Shown: one piece after another, positions 47,676 to 57,266 of the stretch | Layout of the letters: each line of letters opens with the position of its first letter | Numbering within the stretch: position 1 is the first letter of the stretch | Source of the DNA: Polyangiaceae bacterium | GTDB lineage: Bacteria; Myxococcota_A; Polyangia; Polyangiales; Polyangiaceae | DNA: 64,000 nucleotides | Assembly (NCBI GenBank): GCA_965222375.1 | Contig: CBDCTZ010000016.1 | Span: forward strand, 3,264,001-3,328,000 | Reading direction: 5' to 3' | Translations under genes and position numbers: made by a program | Notes under the pieces: generated by a model | The model's database searches: none | What the model was told of the DNA's origin: nothing | The model's input: the letters and a program-made list of their open reading frames with translations, nothing else

Positions 47676-49765
47676 CGTGGCCTTCCGCGCGTCGGTGGCG
47701 GCACTGTGTGTCTCAACCCGCGGGCAGACTCCAGGGTTTCCAGGCCTCGCGTCAGCGCTTCCAGTACGAGGGGCTCGCGTTCGGCGGTCATTCGCGTGCG
47801 AAGCAGCCCCATGGCGCTTTCCTCACCGCTTTTGGCCAGCAAGTCCGCTGCCAGGCGACGCACGTCCCAGGCGGTGTGGTCGAGGCAAACACCCAGGTGC
47901 GCTTGCGCGCGGGCATCCCCGGGGCGCGCCAAGCCGCGGAGTGCGGCTTTCACTACCTCGGGTTCCGCATGAGCCAGAGCATCCACTAGGGCACCGGCGC
48001 GAATGGCATCGGTGCGCCCGGTGAGTGCCTCCACGGCGGCAACCGCGAGTGCGACGTCTTCAGACTTGAGCAGGCCGCGGAGAGCCGGCAGTACTCGTCC
48101 ATCCGTCAAGCGGCCCAAGGCGTGCACCGCTGCAGCCCGCACCTCCAGGTTTGCTTCGCTTGCGGCGAGCTCGAGCAGCTGCGGGAGTACCTCCTCCGCG
48201 GTCTCCGGGGACGAGAGCCGGCCCAAGGCGTGCACCGCTGCGAGGCGGACCTCTAGTTCCTCGTCACTGACGGCAAAGCTGACTGCGCTCAGCGCGGAGG
48301 ATGGCCCCAGTTGGGCCAGGGCGTCCAAAGCAGTGCGGCGGAGATGCGGAGAATCGCTGGACAGGAGGGATTCGAGAAAAGTGACGTCTTGATCACGGGA
48401 ACCACGAACTGACAAGGGGCTCGATGCGATGGCGATGGCCACGGCTGCACTGCCGTGTTGCTCCTCTTCGAGCCGCGAGGCGCTGTGGGGATAGCGCGCG
48501 ACCAGTGCTGACAGGGCTGTTTCTGCCAGTGAGCGAACCGCCGCGTTGCCTGCTTTCAGCAAGATCCGCGCTACCTTGGGCACGCACTCAGGGCCGCCGT
48601 TGTTGGCGGACGCGGCGAGGGCAGCGCGCTGCACCATGGTGTCCTGGGACTCGAGCGCGCCGCCTATGGCGTTGGCCACGGTGGGTGCGGGTTCGGAACT
48701 AATGCGACGAGAGAGCAAGTCCATGGCCAAGGCTTGTTCGGCTGGGGAACCGCGCTCCACGCGCAGCGCCAATGCCACGTCCGCGGCGCCCCCCAACAGT
48801 TCCACGGCGTACTCGGCGGAGTCGTGCAACGTCTCGTCGTCCAGGGCGTCCAGGATCGCGTCGACGGCTGCTTGATCGGAGATCATTGCAAGAACCAGCA
48901 CCGTTGCGCGACGCACGGCCACGTCTCGTGTGCTGCGCAGTCGGTCAACTAGGCTGGCGCTGACGAGCGGCCCAACTTCCTGGAGGGCTGACCTTGCTGC
49001 GCTTCGCGCCGGCTCGGAGGATTCGATCAGATCCGCCAGGGCTAAAGCGAGTAACCCGACGCGGGCAGAATCGGCTCCGATGAGCTCCTTTTTGAGTAAC
49101 TCTGCCGCCCGTGGATCGCCCGTGCGACCAACGGCAATGGTGGCCACGGGCGCGAGCATTGGCTCAGCGAGCAATTCCGCGGCGTCCTCGAAGGGCACGA
49201 CTGCGTGCAGCTGGTTCAGGCCCTCGAGTGCCGCCAGGCGAGCCAGCAGCTCCGGGGCTCGAAGACATTCCGAGAGCAACGCGACCGCGTCGCTTGCACA
49301 GGCGCTACCAATTGCGGCCACAGCTTCGACCGCGGCGACTCGCACGTTGGGGTCTTCATCCTTGACCAGGGAGCGGAGCAAGATGATCGCGCTGGGGTGT
49401 CCACCCTTGGCGACCGCCTCGACTGCAAGCTTTCGTCCGTCCGCATCAAGGGACGGAATCGCGAGGGAAAGAGCCTTGATGGCATCTTCCCCATGCCCCG
49501 CCAGAGCCTCGACAGCTGCGTTGCGCAGACCGACGTTTTCGCCGGGGCGCAGAGCTTCTACCAAGACCCCAATCACGTTCGCGGAGGAGGCGTGGCTCAC
49601 TGCCGAGTTGATCGCTTCTTTGCGGACGCGCCAGTCGTCGTCACCAAGCGCGCTCGAGAGCAGCTCAGCGATGTCGCTTCCTGTGTAATTTCGAAGCTGA
49701 GATGCAGCGCGTCGGCGTGTCTCTGGATCTTCCTCGGCCAGTGCTTCGCGCAGCGTGCCGGTCAT
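47672..49765 (-). CDS. HEAT-repeat protein within che operon
   Basis: Repeated D.D..VR.AAV.ALG units, overlapping cheW and cheR. Confidence 0.88.
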   Translation of the reverse strand: MTGTLREALAEEDPETRRRAASQLRNYTGSDIAELLSSALGDDDWRVRKEAINSAVSHASSANVIGVLVEALRPGENVGLRNAAVEALAGHGEDAIKALSLAIPSLDADGRKLAVEAVAKGGHPSAIILLRSLVKDEDPNVRVAAVEAVAAIGSACASDAVALLSECLRAPELLARLAALEGLNQLHAVVPFEDAAELLAEPMLAPVATIAVGRTGDPRAAELLKKELIGADSARVGLLALALADLIESSEPARSAARSALQEVGPLVSASLVDRLRSTRDVAVRRATVLVLAMISDQAAVDAILDALDDETLHDSAEYAVELLGGAADVALALRVERGSPAEQALAMDLLSRRISSEPAPTVANAIGGALESQDTMVQRAALAASANNGGPECVPKVARILLKAGNAAVRSLAETALSALVARYPHSASRLEEEQHGSAAVAIAIASSPLSVRGSRDQDVTFLESLLSSDSPHLRRTALDALAQLGPSSALSAVSFAVSDEELEVRLAAVHALGRLSSPETAEEVLPQLLELAASEANLEVRAAAVHALGRLTDGRVLPALRGLLKSEDVALAVAAVEALTGRTDAIRAGALVDALAHAEPEVVKAALRGLARPGDARAQAHLGVCLDHTAWDVRRLAADLLAKSGEESAMGLLRTRMTAEREPLVLEALTRGLETLESARGLRHTVPPPTRGRPR

Positions 49766-50262
49766 CCGCGGGCCTTGTTGTGGGGGGCCGCTTCGAGCAG
49801 GCCGCTTTCAGCAAGGGGCGAGGTGAGGCGCTCGAAACTCCCGACGTCCAACACGAAGACCATTTCGTCTCCGTAGGTCGTCACACCCAGAATACCTCGA
49901 CTGTCATCGCCGTCGCCGAGCGCGGGGGCTTGGCGCAACTCGGCGCCGCCGGTGCCGAAGACCTCGGTGACTGCATCGACTCGCAGTCCCACCGCGCGAT
50001 CCTCTACGTCAACGAGAATCCACTTGGCGCGATGATCGTTTTCGTCGGACTGCAGGCCGAAGCGACGACGCAGATCGATGATGGGCACGACCTCTCCACG
50101 GTGGTCTGCGACGCCGGTTACGGCAACCGGCGCGTGTGGCAAGCCTACTACGGGCAGAGGATTGACGATCTCGCGCACCGAGCCGATGGGCACGGCGTAG
50201 TGCACCGCGCCGACCAAGAAGCCCACCAAGCTCTTCTCTGGATCCGGTCGATGTCTTGCCAT
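49762..50262 (-). CDS. cheW: CheW adaptor
   Basis: YAVPI.SVREIV, GV..HRGEVVPIIDLRRRF and VGL.VDAV.EV. ATG 50262 chosen. Confidence 0.9.
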   Translation of the reverse strand: MARHRPDPEKSLVGFLVGAVHYAVPIGSVREIVNPLPVVGLPHAPVAVTGVADHRGEVVPIIDLRRRFGLQSDENDHRAKWILVDVEDRAVGLRVDAVTEVFGTGGAELRQAPALGDGDDSRGILGVTTYGDEMVFVLDVGSFERLTSPLAESGLLEAAPHNKARG

Positions 50263-50272
50263 TGCCAAATCT

Positions 50273-50761
50273 TCAAACTTCCTTTCCGCTGGACACCAAG
50301 GAACGGATGTCCAGCAGAACGATGACGGGCCCCGTATTCGGTCTGCCGACACCCATGACATGTTCGGAGACGTCGCCTCCAAGTACGCCGGCCGCCAACT
50401 CGACTTCGGCGGCGTTGAGCCGCATGACGTTCTTGACCTCGTCCACCACGAGCCCAACGACCTCGTCATCCTTGGCTTGAGCGAGCAAGATACGCGTGCG
50501 TCGTGTGTCGTCGGCTGCATCGACGTTCATCCGCCTCCGCAGATCGACGACGGTCACTAGTAGCCCACGTACGCTGCACACCCCGAGCACATCGGGCCCA
50601 GCTCGAGGCACGCGGGTGATCGGAGGCGGTGTCAAGATTTCTCGAATGCCGGCAAGCTCCACACCGTACAGTTCACCCGCCAGAGTGAACACCAGGAGTT
50701 CGCGCATTGCCGTGGTCGAAACCTGTTCGGCTGCAGGGGGGTTGTGAGTGAGGTCAGGCAT
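50273..50761 (-). CDS. cheW: CheW adaptor
   Basis: F.LAGELYGV, ITRVP...V.GV..VRG..V.VVDLR and VGLVVDEV. Confidence 0.9.
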   Translation of the reverse strand: MPDLTHNPPAAEQVSTTAMRELLVFTLAGELYGVELAGIREILTPPPITRVPRAGPDVLGVCSVRGLLVTVVDLRRRMNVDAADDTRRTRILLAQAKDDEVVGLVVDEVKNVMRLNAAEVELAAGVLGGDVSEHVMGVGRPNTGPVIVLLDIRSLVSSGKEV

Positions 50762-52835
50762 GCTCACGCTCCCCCTCAACGACGGTCTCGATGGTCGAAA
50801 GGACTTCTTCGATGATGGCGGCTGGGTCCAAGACCAATCCGACCCTTTGGTCTCCCAGCTCGGTCGCGCCGGCGAAGCCCTTCACTTCGCGCAAGCTGGC
50901 TCCCAGGGGCTTGATGACGATGTCCTGTTGACCAACGAGATTGTCGACCACAAGGCCGAGGCGACGGTTCGCCAGGCGAGTCACCACCACGAATTGTCGG
51001 CCGGGGGCTTCGCTCGGACTGCGAAGCGCCAGCAGAGCCTCCAACCTGCAGACCGGCAAGGTCGTACCTCTGAGGCTCATTGTTTCGCGGCCATCCACGG
51101 TTCGGAGCCCTTCGGCTTCGAAGGCGATCGCTTCCGAAACGCTCGCCATGGGCACGGCAAACGTCTGCCCGGCCACCTCGACGATGAGCGCGCCGACGAT
51201 CGCCAAGGTGATCGGCAGAGTGATTGTCATCTTCGTGCCAATACCCGCCTCGCTCTGCACGTCGATCACACCGCCGAGCTTCGCTAGGTTTGTCTTGACC
51301 ACATCCATTCCAACGCCTCGACCGCTCAAGTCTCCGGCTTCGGCGCGAGTGGTCAGTCCCGGGAGGAAGATCAAGCCGAGGATATCGCTGCGGCTGAGTT
51401 CGGTCACGTCCGTTGCGCCCAGCTTGCCCAGCTCCAAGGCCCGCTCGATGAGCGCGTTCGCGTCGATACCGGCGCCGTCATCCTCAATCTCGATCATTAC
51501 GTGGTTGCCCTTTTGGTAGGCATTCAACGCGATCGTGCCTGCTGTGGGTTTGCCGACGCGAGTTCGCTCTTCCGCTGGCTCGATGCCGTGGTCGATGGCA
51601 TTGCGGATCATATGCATCAGTGGATCCGAAAGCTCCTCCACGATGAGTTTGTCGATTTCCGTATCGGCGCCGGTGATGACCAGGCGGATTTCTTTGTCGA
51701 GTTCGCGACTTATTTGGCGAACCACCCGAGCGAGCCGGTCGAATACCTGGCCAAGTGGCACCATGCGTACTTCGAGAATGGCGCTTTGCATCTCGCTGAG
51801 TCGGCGCTCGAAACTCCGATGCAGACGTTGTAGAGACGTGGCCAGAGGGCGATTGCCATCCGCGCGGACCCGCTCGAACACGCGGCCCAGGGCGCCGCGT
51901 ACGATCGCCAGTTCACCGACGATGTTCATCAGCTGATCAAGCTTGCGGATGTCCACCCGCACGGTCTGGGCCACTGATCGCAGTGACGCCTGGGGGTCTT
52001 GTTGCGGGGGCTCGAAGGATTCGATGCCTCCGGGAGGAGGGAGACTGATCCGGGCGGGCGCCTGAGAAAAAGGCGGGGGAAGGGTCGCACTCCGGCGGCG
52101 CGGCACCTCCTCGATGACCACGTTGTCGGCGCCTAGGGAACCTATCAGGGTCGCTAGGTCATCTCGAGATGCCATCAGCAGATCGAGCTCGATGGTGTCC
52201 GGGGACGGTGCCTCGCCGGTGGGCAGGTAGGTGATGATCTCGCCGTGCTTCTTGGCGCGATCCTTCATGTCCTCCAGAGCCTTGTCGATGGTCGCGAGGT
52301 CGAATTGCACGCGCAGACGGTACAGGGACAAGCCTTGCTCGATGTTGGTGCGCAGGCGGTGCTCTTCGTACTCGGTCAGAACTGCAAGAAGCCCGGGGTC
52401 GAATTCGTACTCCAGATCGGCAGGTTCCTCGGGTTGGGCGAAGGCGCCCAAGTTGTCGAGGCGCTCCAGCAGGCCGTCTACCGTGGCGAGGGGCTTGTCC
52501 AAGCCGGTCTTCTCGTTGCCCAGCAGTTGATGGTAGGCGTCGATGGATAGGAACAACATGTCCAGCACTTCTGCCGAGAGGGGCATGCGTCCCAGGCGGA
52601 GGTGGTCGAGAACGTCCTCCAGCTTGTGCGAAAGGGCGCCCATGCGAGCGGCGCCAAAAAGACCCGCGAGGCCCTTCAGAGTGTGAACAGCTCGGAAGGC
52701 CTCGTTCACCAATCCCGGGTCATCGCCACCGGCCTTGACGGCTGCGTCCAAGGCCAAGAGATTTCGGGACAGCCCTTCGATGATCTCCTGCACTTCGGAG
52801 TAGAACTCTTCGCGCGCCTTGTCGGAGTCAGCCAT
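50754..52835 (-). CDS. cheA: Chemotaxis histidine kinase CheA
   Basis: Hpt FRAVHTLKG, VRVDIRKLD, HMIRNAIDHGIE, DDGAGID, SGRGVGMDVV and a C-terminal CheW domain. Confidence 0.96.
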   Translation of the reverse strand: MADSDKAREEFYSEVQEIIEGLSRNLLALDAAVKAGGDDPGLVNEAFRAVHTLKGLAGLFGAARMGALSHKLEDVLDHLRLGRMPLSAEVLDMLFLSIDAYHQLLGNEKTGLDKPLATVDGLLERLDNLGAFAQPEEPADLEYEFDPGLLAVLTEYEEHRLRTNIEQGLSLYRLRVQFDLATIDKALEDMKDRAKKHGEIITYLPTGEAPSPDTIELDLLMASRDDLATLIGSLGADNVVIEEVPRRRSATLPPPFSQAPARISLPPPGGIESFEPPQQDPQASLRSVAQTVRVDIRKLDQLMNIVGELAIVRGALGRVFERVRADGNRPLATSLQRLHRSFERRLSEMQSAILEVRMVPLGQVFDRLARVVRQISRELDKEIRLVITGADTEIDKLIVEELSDPLMHMIRNAIDHGIEPAEERTRVGKPTAGTIALNAYQKGNHVMIEIEDDGAGIDANALIERALELGKLGATDVTELSRSDILGLIFLPGLTTRAEAGDLSGRGVGMDVVKTNLAKLGGVIDVQSEAGIGTKMTITLPITLAIVGALIVEVAGQTFAVPMASVSEAIAFEAEGLRTVDGRETMSLRGTTLPVCRLEALLALRSPSEAPGRQFVVVTRLANRRLGLVVDNLVGQQDIVIKPLGASLREVKGFAGATELGDQRVGLVLDPAAIIEEVLSTIETVVEGEREHA

Positions 52836-53232
52836 CCGGCGGCACCTGCGGGACGGTCGCTAGGTGGCGCAACGCTTCTCCGCAAAGCGATTCTGCTGAG
52901 AACGGCTTTGCCAGATAAGCGTTGGCACCCAACCCCAAGCCACGTTCTCGGTCCCGATCCGATGACTGCGTGGATATCAAGAGCACCGGCGTACCCTTGT
53001 GTTGTTCGTTTTTGCGAATGAAAGACAGCAATTCGAGGCCATTGATGTCTGGCATGTTGATGTCGCTAATGACCAGCTGGTACGGCCCGCGGGGCAACAG
53101 GCGCAGCGCCTCGAAACCGCTCTCGGCTTCTACGATTTCTGCGTCCCGAAGGCGCGGGTCGGCGGAAAGAGCGCCTCGCACGAACGTGCGCATCGTCGCC
53201 GAGTCTTCCACGAGCAAGATCTTCGCGGCCAT
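52828..53232 (-). CDS. cheY: Single-domain response regulator (CheY-like)
   Basis: VEDS, SDINMP, IST and KPF, immediately upstream of cheA. Confidence 0.85.
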   Translation of the reverse strand: MAAKILLVEDSATMRTFVRGALSADPRLRDAEIVEAESGFEALRLLPRGPYQLVISDINMPDINGLELLSFIRKNEQHKGTPVLLISTQSSDRDRERGLGLGANAYLAKPFSAESLCGEALRHLATVPQVPPDG

Positions 53233-54065
53233 TAGGGTTTCTTGTCCTTGTTATCGGCTTTCACGACGCGCGCTGAAGGCTTCTCGTCGTACTGGGAAAC
53301 CAGCCAGGCGACCAGATCGGTCCAGAGCGCGGGATGCTCCGCCGCGAGGTGCCCTGCGGAGTGCCTCGAGCCGGGGTACTGTTTGACGGTGCCCTGTTTG
53401 GCCATCTTGGAGAGGGAGTCGACGGGCGCCAGGCTCACGTTGTCCCGCACCCCGCCCGAGATGAACGAGGGTAAATGACGTACTTCAGCGTAGGGCTCAT
53501 AGACGTCCAGGCCCTCGATGGCCGCACCCGGCGAAAGCAACGCCATGCCGGTCACTTTGGGCTGCGCCTTCGTGACGCGAGCCACGAGCGTTGCGCCGAA
53601 TGACGAGCCGACCAAGACGACTCGCGGCACTTTCTCTTGGGTCACTTCGACGACATGGGCAATCGCTGCCACGACATCCGCATCGAAGCGCGCGGCGTCC
53701 TTCTTGTCCTTTTCCGGCGGCTTGCTGTCCCCGTGCCCTCGCAGGTCGAAATTCAAGATCGTGAAGCGCTTGTCCGCGTTAGCCAGCTTGTCCGCAAGCG
53801 GTGCGAGTTCAAGGCGCTGCGCGTGCATGCGATGCACAAGCACGACGGCGGGTGCGGCGGGGCTCGCGAGGTATAGATCGCCGGAGAGGCTGGCGCCGTC
53901 TGCAGACTCGAAAGTCGTGGCTTTCTTGGGCGTTGCGGGCACGGCCGGTGGCTGGTCCAGCCTGGGTTTGGGTGGCGCCAACTTGGGCGATGGCGGTGAT
54001 TCGTCGCTCGAATCGCAGCCCAGGCAGAGGACCGCCACAATCCACCCGTGGACCCAAACGCGCAT
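53232..54065 (-). CDS. Alpha/beta hydrolase lipoprotein
   Basis: Lipobox CLGC, DLRGHGDS, GSSFG, LLSPG and H in SRHSAG. TAATG overlap with cheY. Confidence 0.8.
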   Translation of the reverse strand: MRVWVHGWIVAVLCLGCDSSDESPPSPKLAPPKPRLDQPPAVPATPKKATTFESADGASLSGDLYLASPAAPAVVLVHRMHAQRLELAPLADKLANADKRFTILNFDLRGHGDSKPPEKDKKDAARFDADVVAAIAHVVEVTQEKVPRVVLVGSSFGATLVARVTKAQPKVTGMALLSPGAAIEGLDVYEPYAEVRHLPSFISGGVRDNVSLAPVDSLSKMAKQGTVKQYPGSRHSAGHLAAEHPALWTDLVAWLVSQYDEKPSARVVKADNKDKKP

Positions 54066-54151
54066 AGTCTCGGCGCCATCGTAGCAGCAGCGCAGAGCGC
54101 AGGGAACGCGGGTTTCCCGGGGCCGCCTGGCGCTAGCCCTGCCTCGCCGCC

Positions 54152-55429
54152 ATGGCCTCTGAGCCGATGAAACGGGCCAAAAACCTCCCTAGCGTCGAAC
54201 CCGCGCAAGTCGCTGCGCGCCTTGAATTCCCCGCACGGCTGCGAGCGGCTATGCTGGATATGATGGCCTCTGAACCGAAGCGGGCGTCGGAATTCCGCAC
54301 GTCCGGCGATACCAACCCGGGCCTTGGCCAGCACAAGGTGATCGAGGTCGAGGTGGCACCCACCCATGGGGGCAAGGAGAACGAGCTGGGCGCCGTTCTG
54401 GCAGCCAGCACCCGCGCCGGGGCCAGCCTGAGCGCGCTGTACCGGGCGATTCAGCAGGTGACAGATGGCGTCACCGACGCACGCCAAGCCAACGAGCACT
54501 TGACTCAAGAGCTTTCGCGGGTCCGAGAGATGCTCGGAGCCAGCAACGAGGAGCGGCTGGCGCTGAAGAACCAGGTAGCGATCTTGGAGCAGGAGCTCGA
54601 GCAACTGCGCGCTGCTTCCGTGTCGGAGCGAGAGTTCCTGATCTCGGAACAGGACAACTTCTTGGTCGGCCTGCTCGAGGAGCATGATCAGCAACTCGCG
54701 CGCCTCATTCGCGAACGTGAAACCGCGCAGTCCGAACTCGCCGAGGTGCTGCGAAGCTCTTCCCACACCCAGCCCGTCAGGAAGCCGGGCCGGGAGGCTC
54801 TGGAAGAGGAGGGCGCGGCGCAGCTACTCAATCGGATCGACAAGCTCACTCAGGAGCAAGAGGCGTCTCGGGGCACGCTCCGAAGACTGCAAGCGCAGCG
54901 CGATGGCGCCCACGAACAAATCAAGAAGCTGGAGCAGTCCCTTGCAGATGCGCGTCAAGAGGCGGCCACGCTCCGTGCTTCTGGAGTCACGGCACCTCCC
55001 GACGACCCACGTCGGACCCAGCCCGCGTGCCCCGAAACACCGAACGGTCGAGTGCCGATCAGCGCAGATGGAGAGAAACGGAGAAAGGAGGGAGTGGCCG
55101 AGCAGAGCGCGGGGCAGCCTGCCAAGAGCAGTGACAGGCCCACTCTCGATGCCGTCATGACCCAGCGCGCAACCGTACCGCCGGCTCCAAATGAGTTGGC
55201 GCAGGCGCTAGTCGAGTCCCGGCCATCACCGCCCCAGGGCACTCGGAAAGCAACTTCGCCGGAGGTCCCGCGCGCCGTTTCCGAACCGGAGCCGACTCGG
55301 ACACCATCCAAGCGCCCACCTCTCAAGCGTAAGCCCGATCCTGCTCAGCAGCCCCTGGGCGGCTATTCGGTCAGCGGTGAAGACGTAGAAGCCGAGACCG
55401 TGGTATCGAGCAAACCGCCCCGCACGTGA
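54152..55429 (+). CDS. Hypothetical coiled-coil protein with Pro-rich disordered tail
   Basis: Long E/Q/L/R heptad stretches and GTGA overlap with the next gene. Confidence 0.7.
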   Translation: MASEPMKRAKNLPSVEPAQVAARLEFPARLRAAMLDMMASEPKRASEFRTSGDTNPGLGQHKVIEVEVAPTHGGKENELGAVLAASTRAGASLSALYRAIQQVTDGVTDARQANEHLTQELSRVREMLGASNEERLALKNQVAILEQELEQLRAASVSEREFLISEQDNFLVGLLEEHDQQLARLIRERETAQSELAEVLRSSSHTQPVRKPGREALEEEGAAQLLNRIDKLTQEQEASRGTLRRLQAQRDGAHEQIKKLEQSLADARQEAATLRASGVTAPPDDPRRTQPACPETPNGRVPISADGEKRRKEGVAEQSAGQPAKSSDRPTLDAVMTQRATVPPAPNELAQALVESRPSPPQGTRKATSPEVPRAVSEPEPTRTPSKRPPLKRKPDPAQQPLGGYSVSGEDVEAETVVSSKPPRT

Positions 55430-56244
55430 ATGAAGCGACTCCGCTCACCAAGGCCGCCGTCCGTCGGCTGACCATTGCGACCTGTGTAGCGATCCCACTG
55501 GCCGTGGCGGGCATTGTCTGGCCGAAGTTGGGGCTTCCGTCCGCGCTGATCACCCTCATCACTCTCGCCAGCGGCGCGCTGCGAGCGCCACGGGTCAAGC
55601 CGTGGGCCATGATCGCTGGCGCGGTCACAGTCGTGGCGTTGATCCGATTCGTGGTTGCCGAGGCCGTTCCTGGGGTCGTGCAGGGTGGCAACATCGCGGC
55701 GAGCAACTCGGCGGTGTCTCGTTTGCGGCAGATCGTCTTCGCGCAAGACGTGATGCGGCAGCGGGCTTTCGTCGATCCGGATGGGGATCGCATCGGCTCG
55801 GCGGGTCTGCTTGGCGAACTGACGAGTTCCGTTCCGCTGCGCGGAATGCGTGCATTGCAGCCTCCGCTATTGGCCCGGGGCTTCGGGCCATTTCACGACA
55901 CCAAGATGGGGCCCGCCGCACAATCCGGGGCTTACCTATTCATGGTGTGTCTGCCCGCAAAGGCTGGGGGCTTTTTGGCACAGCCCGGCATGGCGGTGGA
56001 TGAAGAGTCCGCAGAGCGTCGCTTCCTGGCCTACGCCTGGCCCATGGGCAGCCGCGGCCCGAAGGAAATCTACGCGGTTGATCAGCATGAGCGAATCCTG
56101 GTCAGCCCCAACCAGCACGTGAAAGAGCTCAAGTTCGTTGGGCCGTTTCATGCGCCGAGTTGCGACGCTGCCGTCACGGACGAGAGCTTCTCTGCTTGGC
56201 GCGGCAAGGCGCCGCGCGCGACTTTGCCGGGCGATACGCCTTAG
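55426..56244 (+). CDS. Membrane protein with pilin-like periplasmic domain
   Basis: N-terminal TM helices, then N.AVSRLRQI..AQ, D.DGD..G..G.L.EL, SGAY.F and F.AYAWP...AVDQ. Confidence 0.6.
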   Translation: MNEATPLTKAAVRRLTIATCVAIPLAVAGIVWPKLGLPSALITLITLASGALRAPRVKPWAMIAGAVTVVALIRFVVAEAVPGVVQGGNIAASNSAVSRLRQIVFAQDVMRQRAFVDPDGDRIGSAGLLGELTSSVPLRGMRALQPPLLARGFGPFHDTKMGPAAQSGAYLFMVCLPAKAGGFLAQPGMAVDEESAERRFLAYAWPMGSRGPKEIYAVDQHERILVSPNQHVKELKFVGPFHAPSCDAAVTDESFSAWRGKAPRATLPGDTP

Positions 56245-56282
56245 GGCGACTCGCAGCCCGCGCCTGTGCTATTCCAATCAGC

Positions 56283-56570
56283 ATGCCGGAGCGCGAAGAT
56301 GCGCTGAGCGAGACTCGCGACAAAGTCCTCGCGGAGGCCCCTGACGAGCCCCCCGTAGTTGCGCGAATGGTCGTGGAGATCCGCTCAGATGGTCGACGCA
56401 CAATCGCCCGAGGGGCAATGGAGGACGCCGCAACCGGCGAGCGCGTGGCAATCGAGGCCAATGGAACGACGCCTATGGCCCTGGCGGCATCCTTGGCGCG
56501 CACTATGCTCAGCGCACCTGCTCTGGCGAAGCACGCTGTCAAGGCGCTGCTGTCGTCGCGCAAGAAATGA
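56283..56570 (+). CDS. Small hypothetical protein
   Basis: EPPVVARMVVEIRSDG.RTIARG and ATGA overlap with the next gene. Confidence 0.65.
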   Translation: MPEREDALSETRDKVLAEAPDEPPVVARMVVEIRSDGRRTIARGAMEDAATGERVAIEANGTTPMALAASLARTMLSAPALAKHAVKALLSSRKK

Positions 56571-57100
56571 AACGCGCGTCCGCTTCGGGGCAGCGTCCGC
56601 TACGGAGTCGATTGCCGAGCTATTTGGGGCAGATCGCTCTGGTGGTCGCAATCTACGTTGGCATCAGCGCTTGGCAGACGCGCACGCATCTCGACTCAGT
56701 CGCCGCACCCGAATTCGAGTTGCGGAGCTTGAGCGGAGCCACCGTGAAGCTCAGTGAGATGCGCAACAAATCCGTCGTCTTGCACTTCTGGGCTACCTGG
56801 TGCGGCGTGTGCAAGTTGGAAATCGGCAGCCTGAAATCCCTCGCCAAGTCCCTCGGTTCGGATCAGGTGCTGGTCAGCGTGGTTGCCGACGCTGACGACG
56901 AGGCACAGCTGCGCCGTTTCGTCCAAGAGCACGAGATCGACTACCCCGTTCTGCTGGCAGACGAGAAGATCTTGCGCCAATACCGCGTAACGGCGTTCCC
57001 AACGACCTACTTCCTCACGCCGGACGGAAGCATTGATTCCTCCACGGTGGGGCTGTCGAACCGATTCGCGTACCGGGCGCGCCTCAGCTTGGCTCGCTAG
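56567..57100 (+). CDS. Membrane-anchored TlpA-like redoxin
   Basis: TM helix, APEFEL, HFWATWCGVC and FPTTY. Confidence 0.88.
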   Translation: MKRASASGQRPLRSRLPSYLGQIALVVAIYVGISAWQTRTHLDSVAAPEFELRSLSGATVKLSEMRNKSVVLHFWATWCGVCKLEIGSLKSLAKSLGSDQVLVSVVADADDEAQLRRFVQEHEIDYPVLLADEKILRQYRVTAFPTTYFLTPDGSIDSSTVGLSNRFAYRARLSLAR

Positions 57101-57102
57101 CT

Positions 57103-57245
57103 TGAGCTGCGTGCGCTTCGACCGTGGTTTCCCCTTCTCCCACGGACCCCGGCCGCTCGGCAAGTTGGGTGCCGGTTCTTCGACGGCACCGACTGCACTT
57201 GCCGACTGGAGGGCACCAGCGCCCGCTACAACGCCGTCTCGCTCA
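57103..57245. ncRNA. Structured intergenic element (ncRNA candidate or compound terminator)
   Basis: Stems 57122-27/57140-45, 57157-65/57197-205, 57168-74/57184-90, 57211-14/57221-24, closed by TGAGC/GCTCA. Confidence 0.3.
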
Positions 57246-57266
57246 GAACTTCGTGAATGATCCGGG

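Noticed and set aside
57103..57245. 6S RNA, SRP RNA, retron msr-msd or riboswitch identity for the structured element
   Set aside because: No diagnostic motif recognised, no reverse transcriptase nearby, and it lies downstream of both flanking genes.
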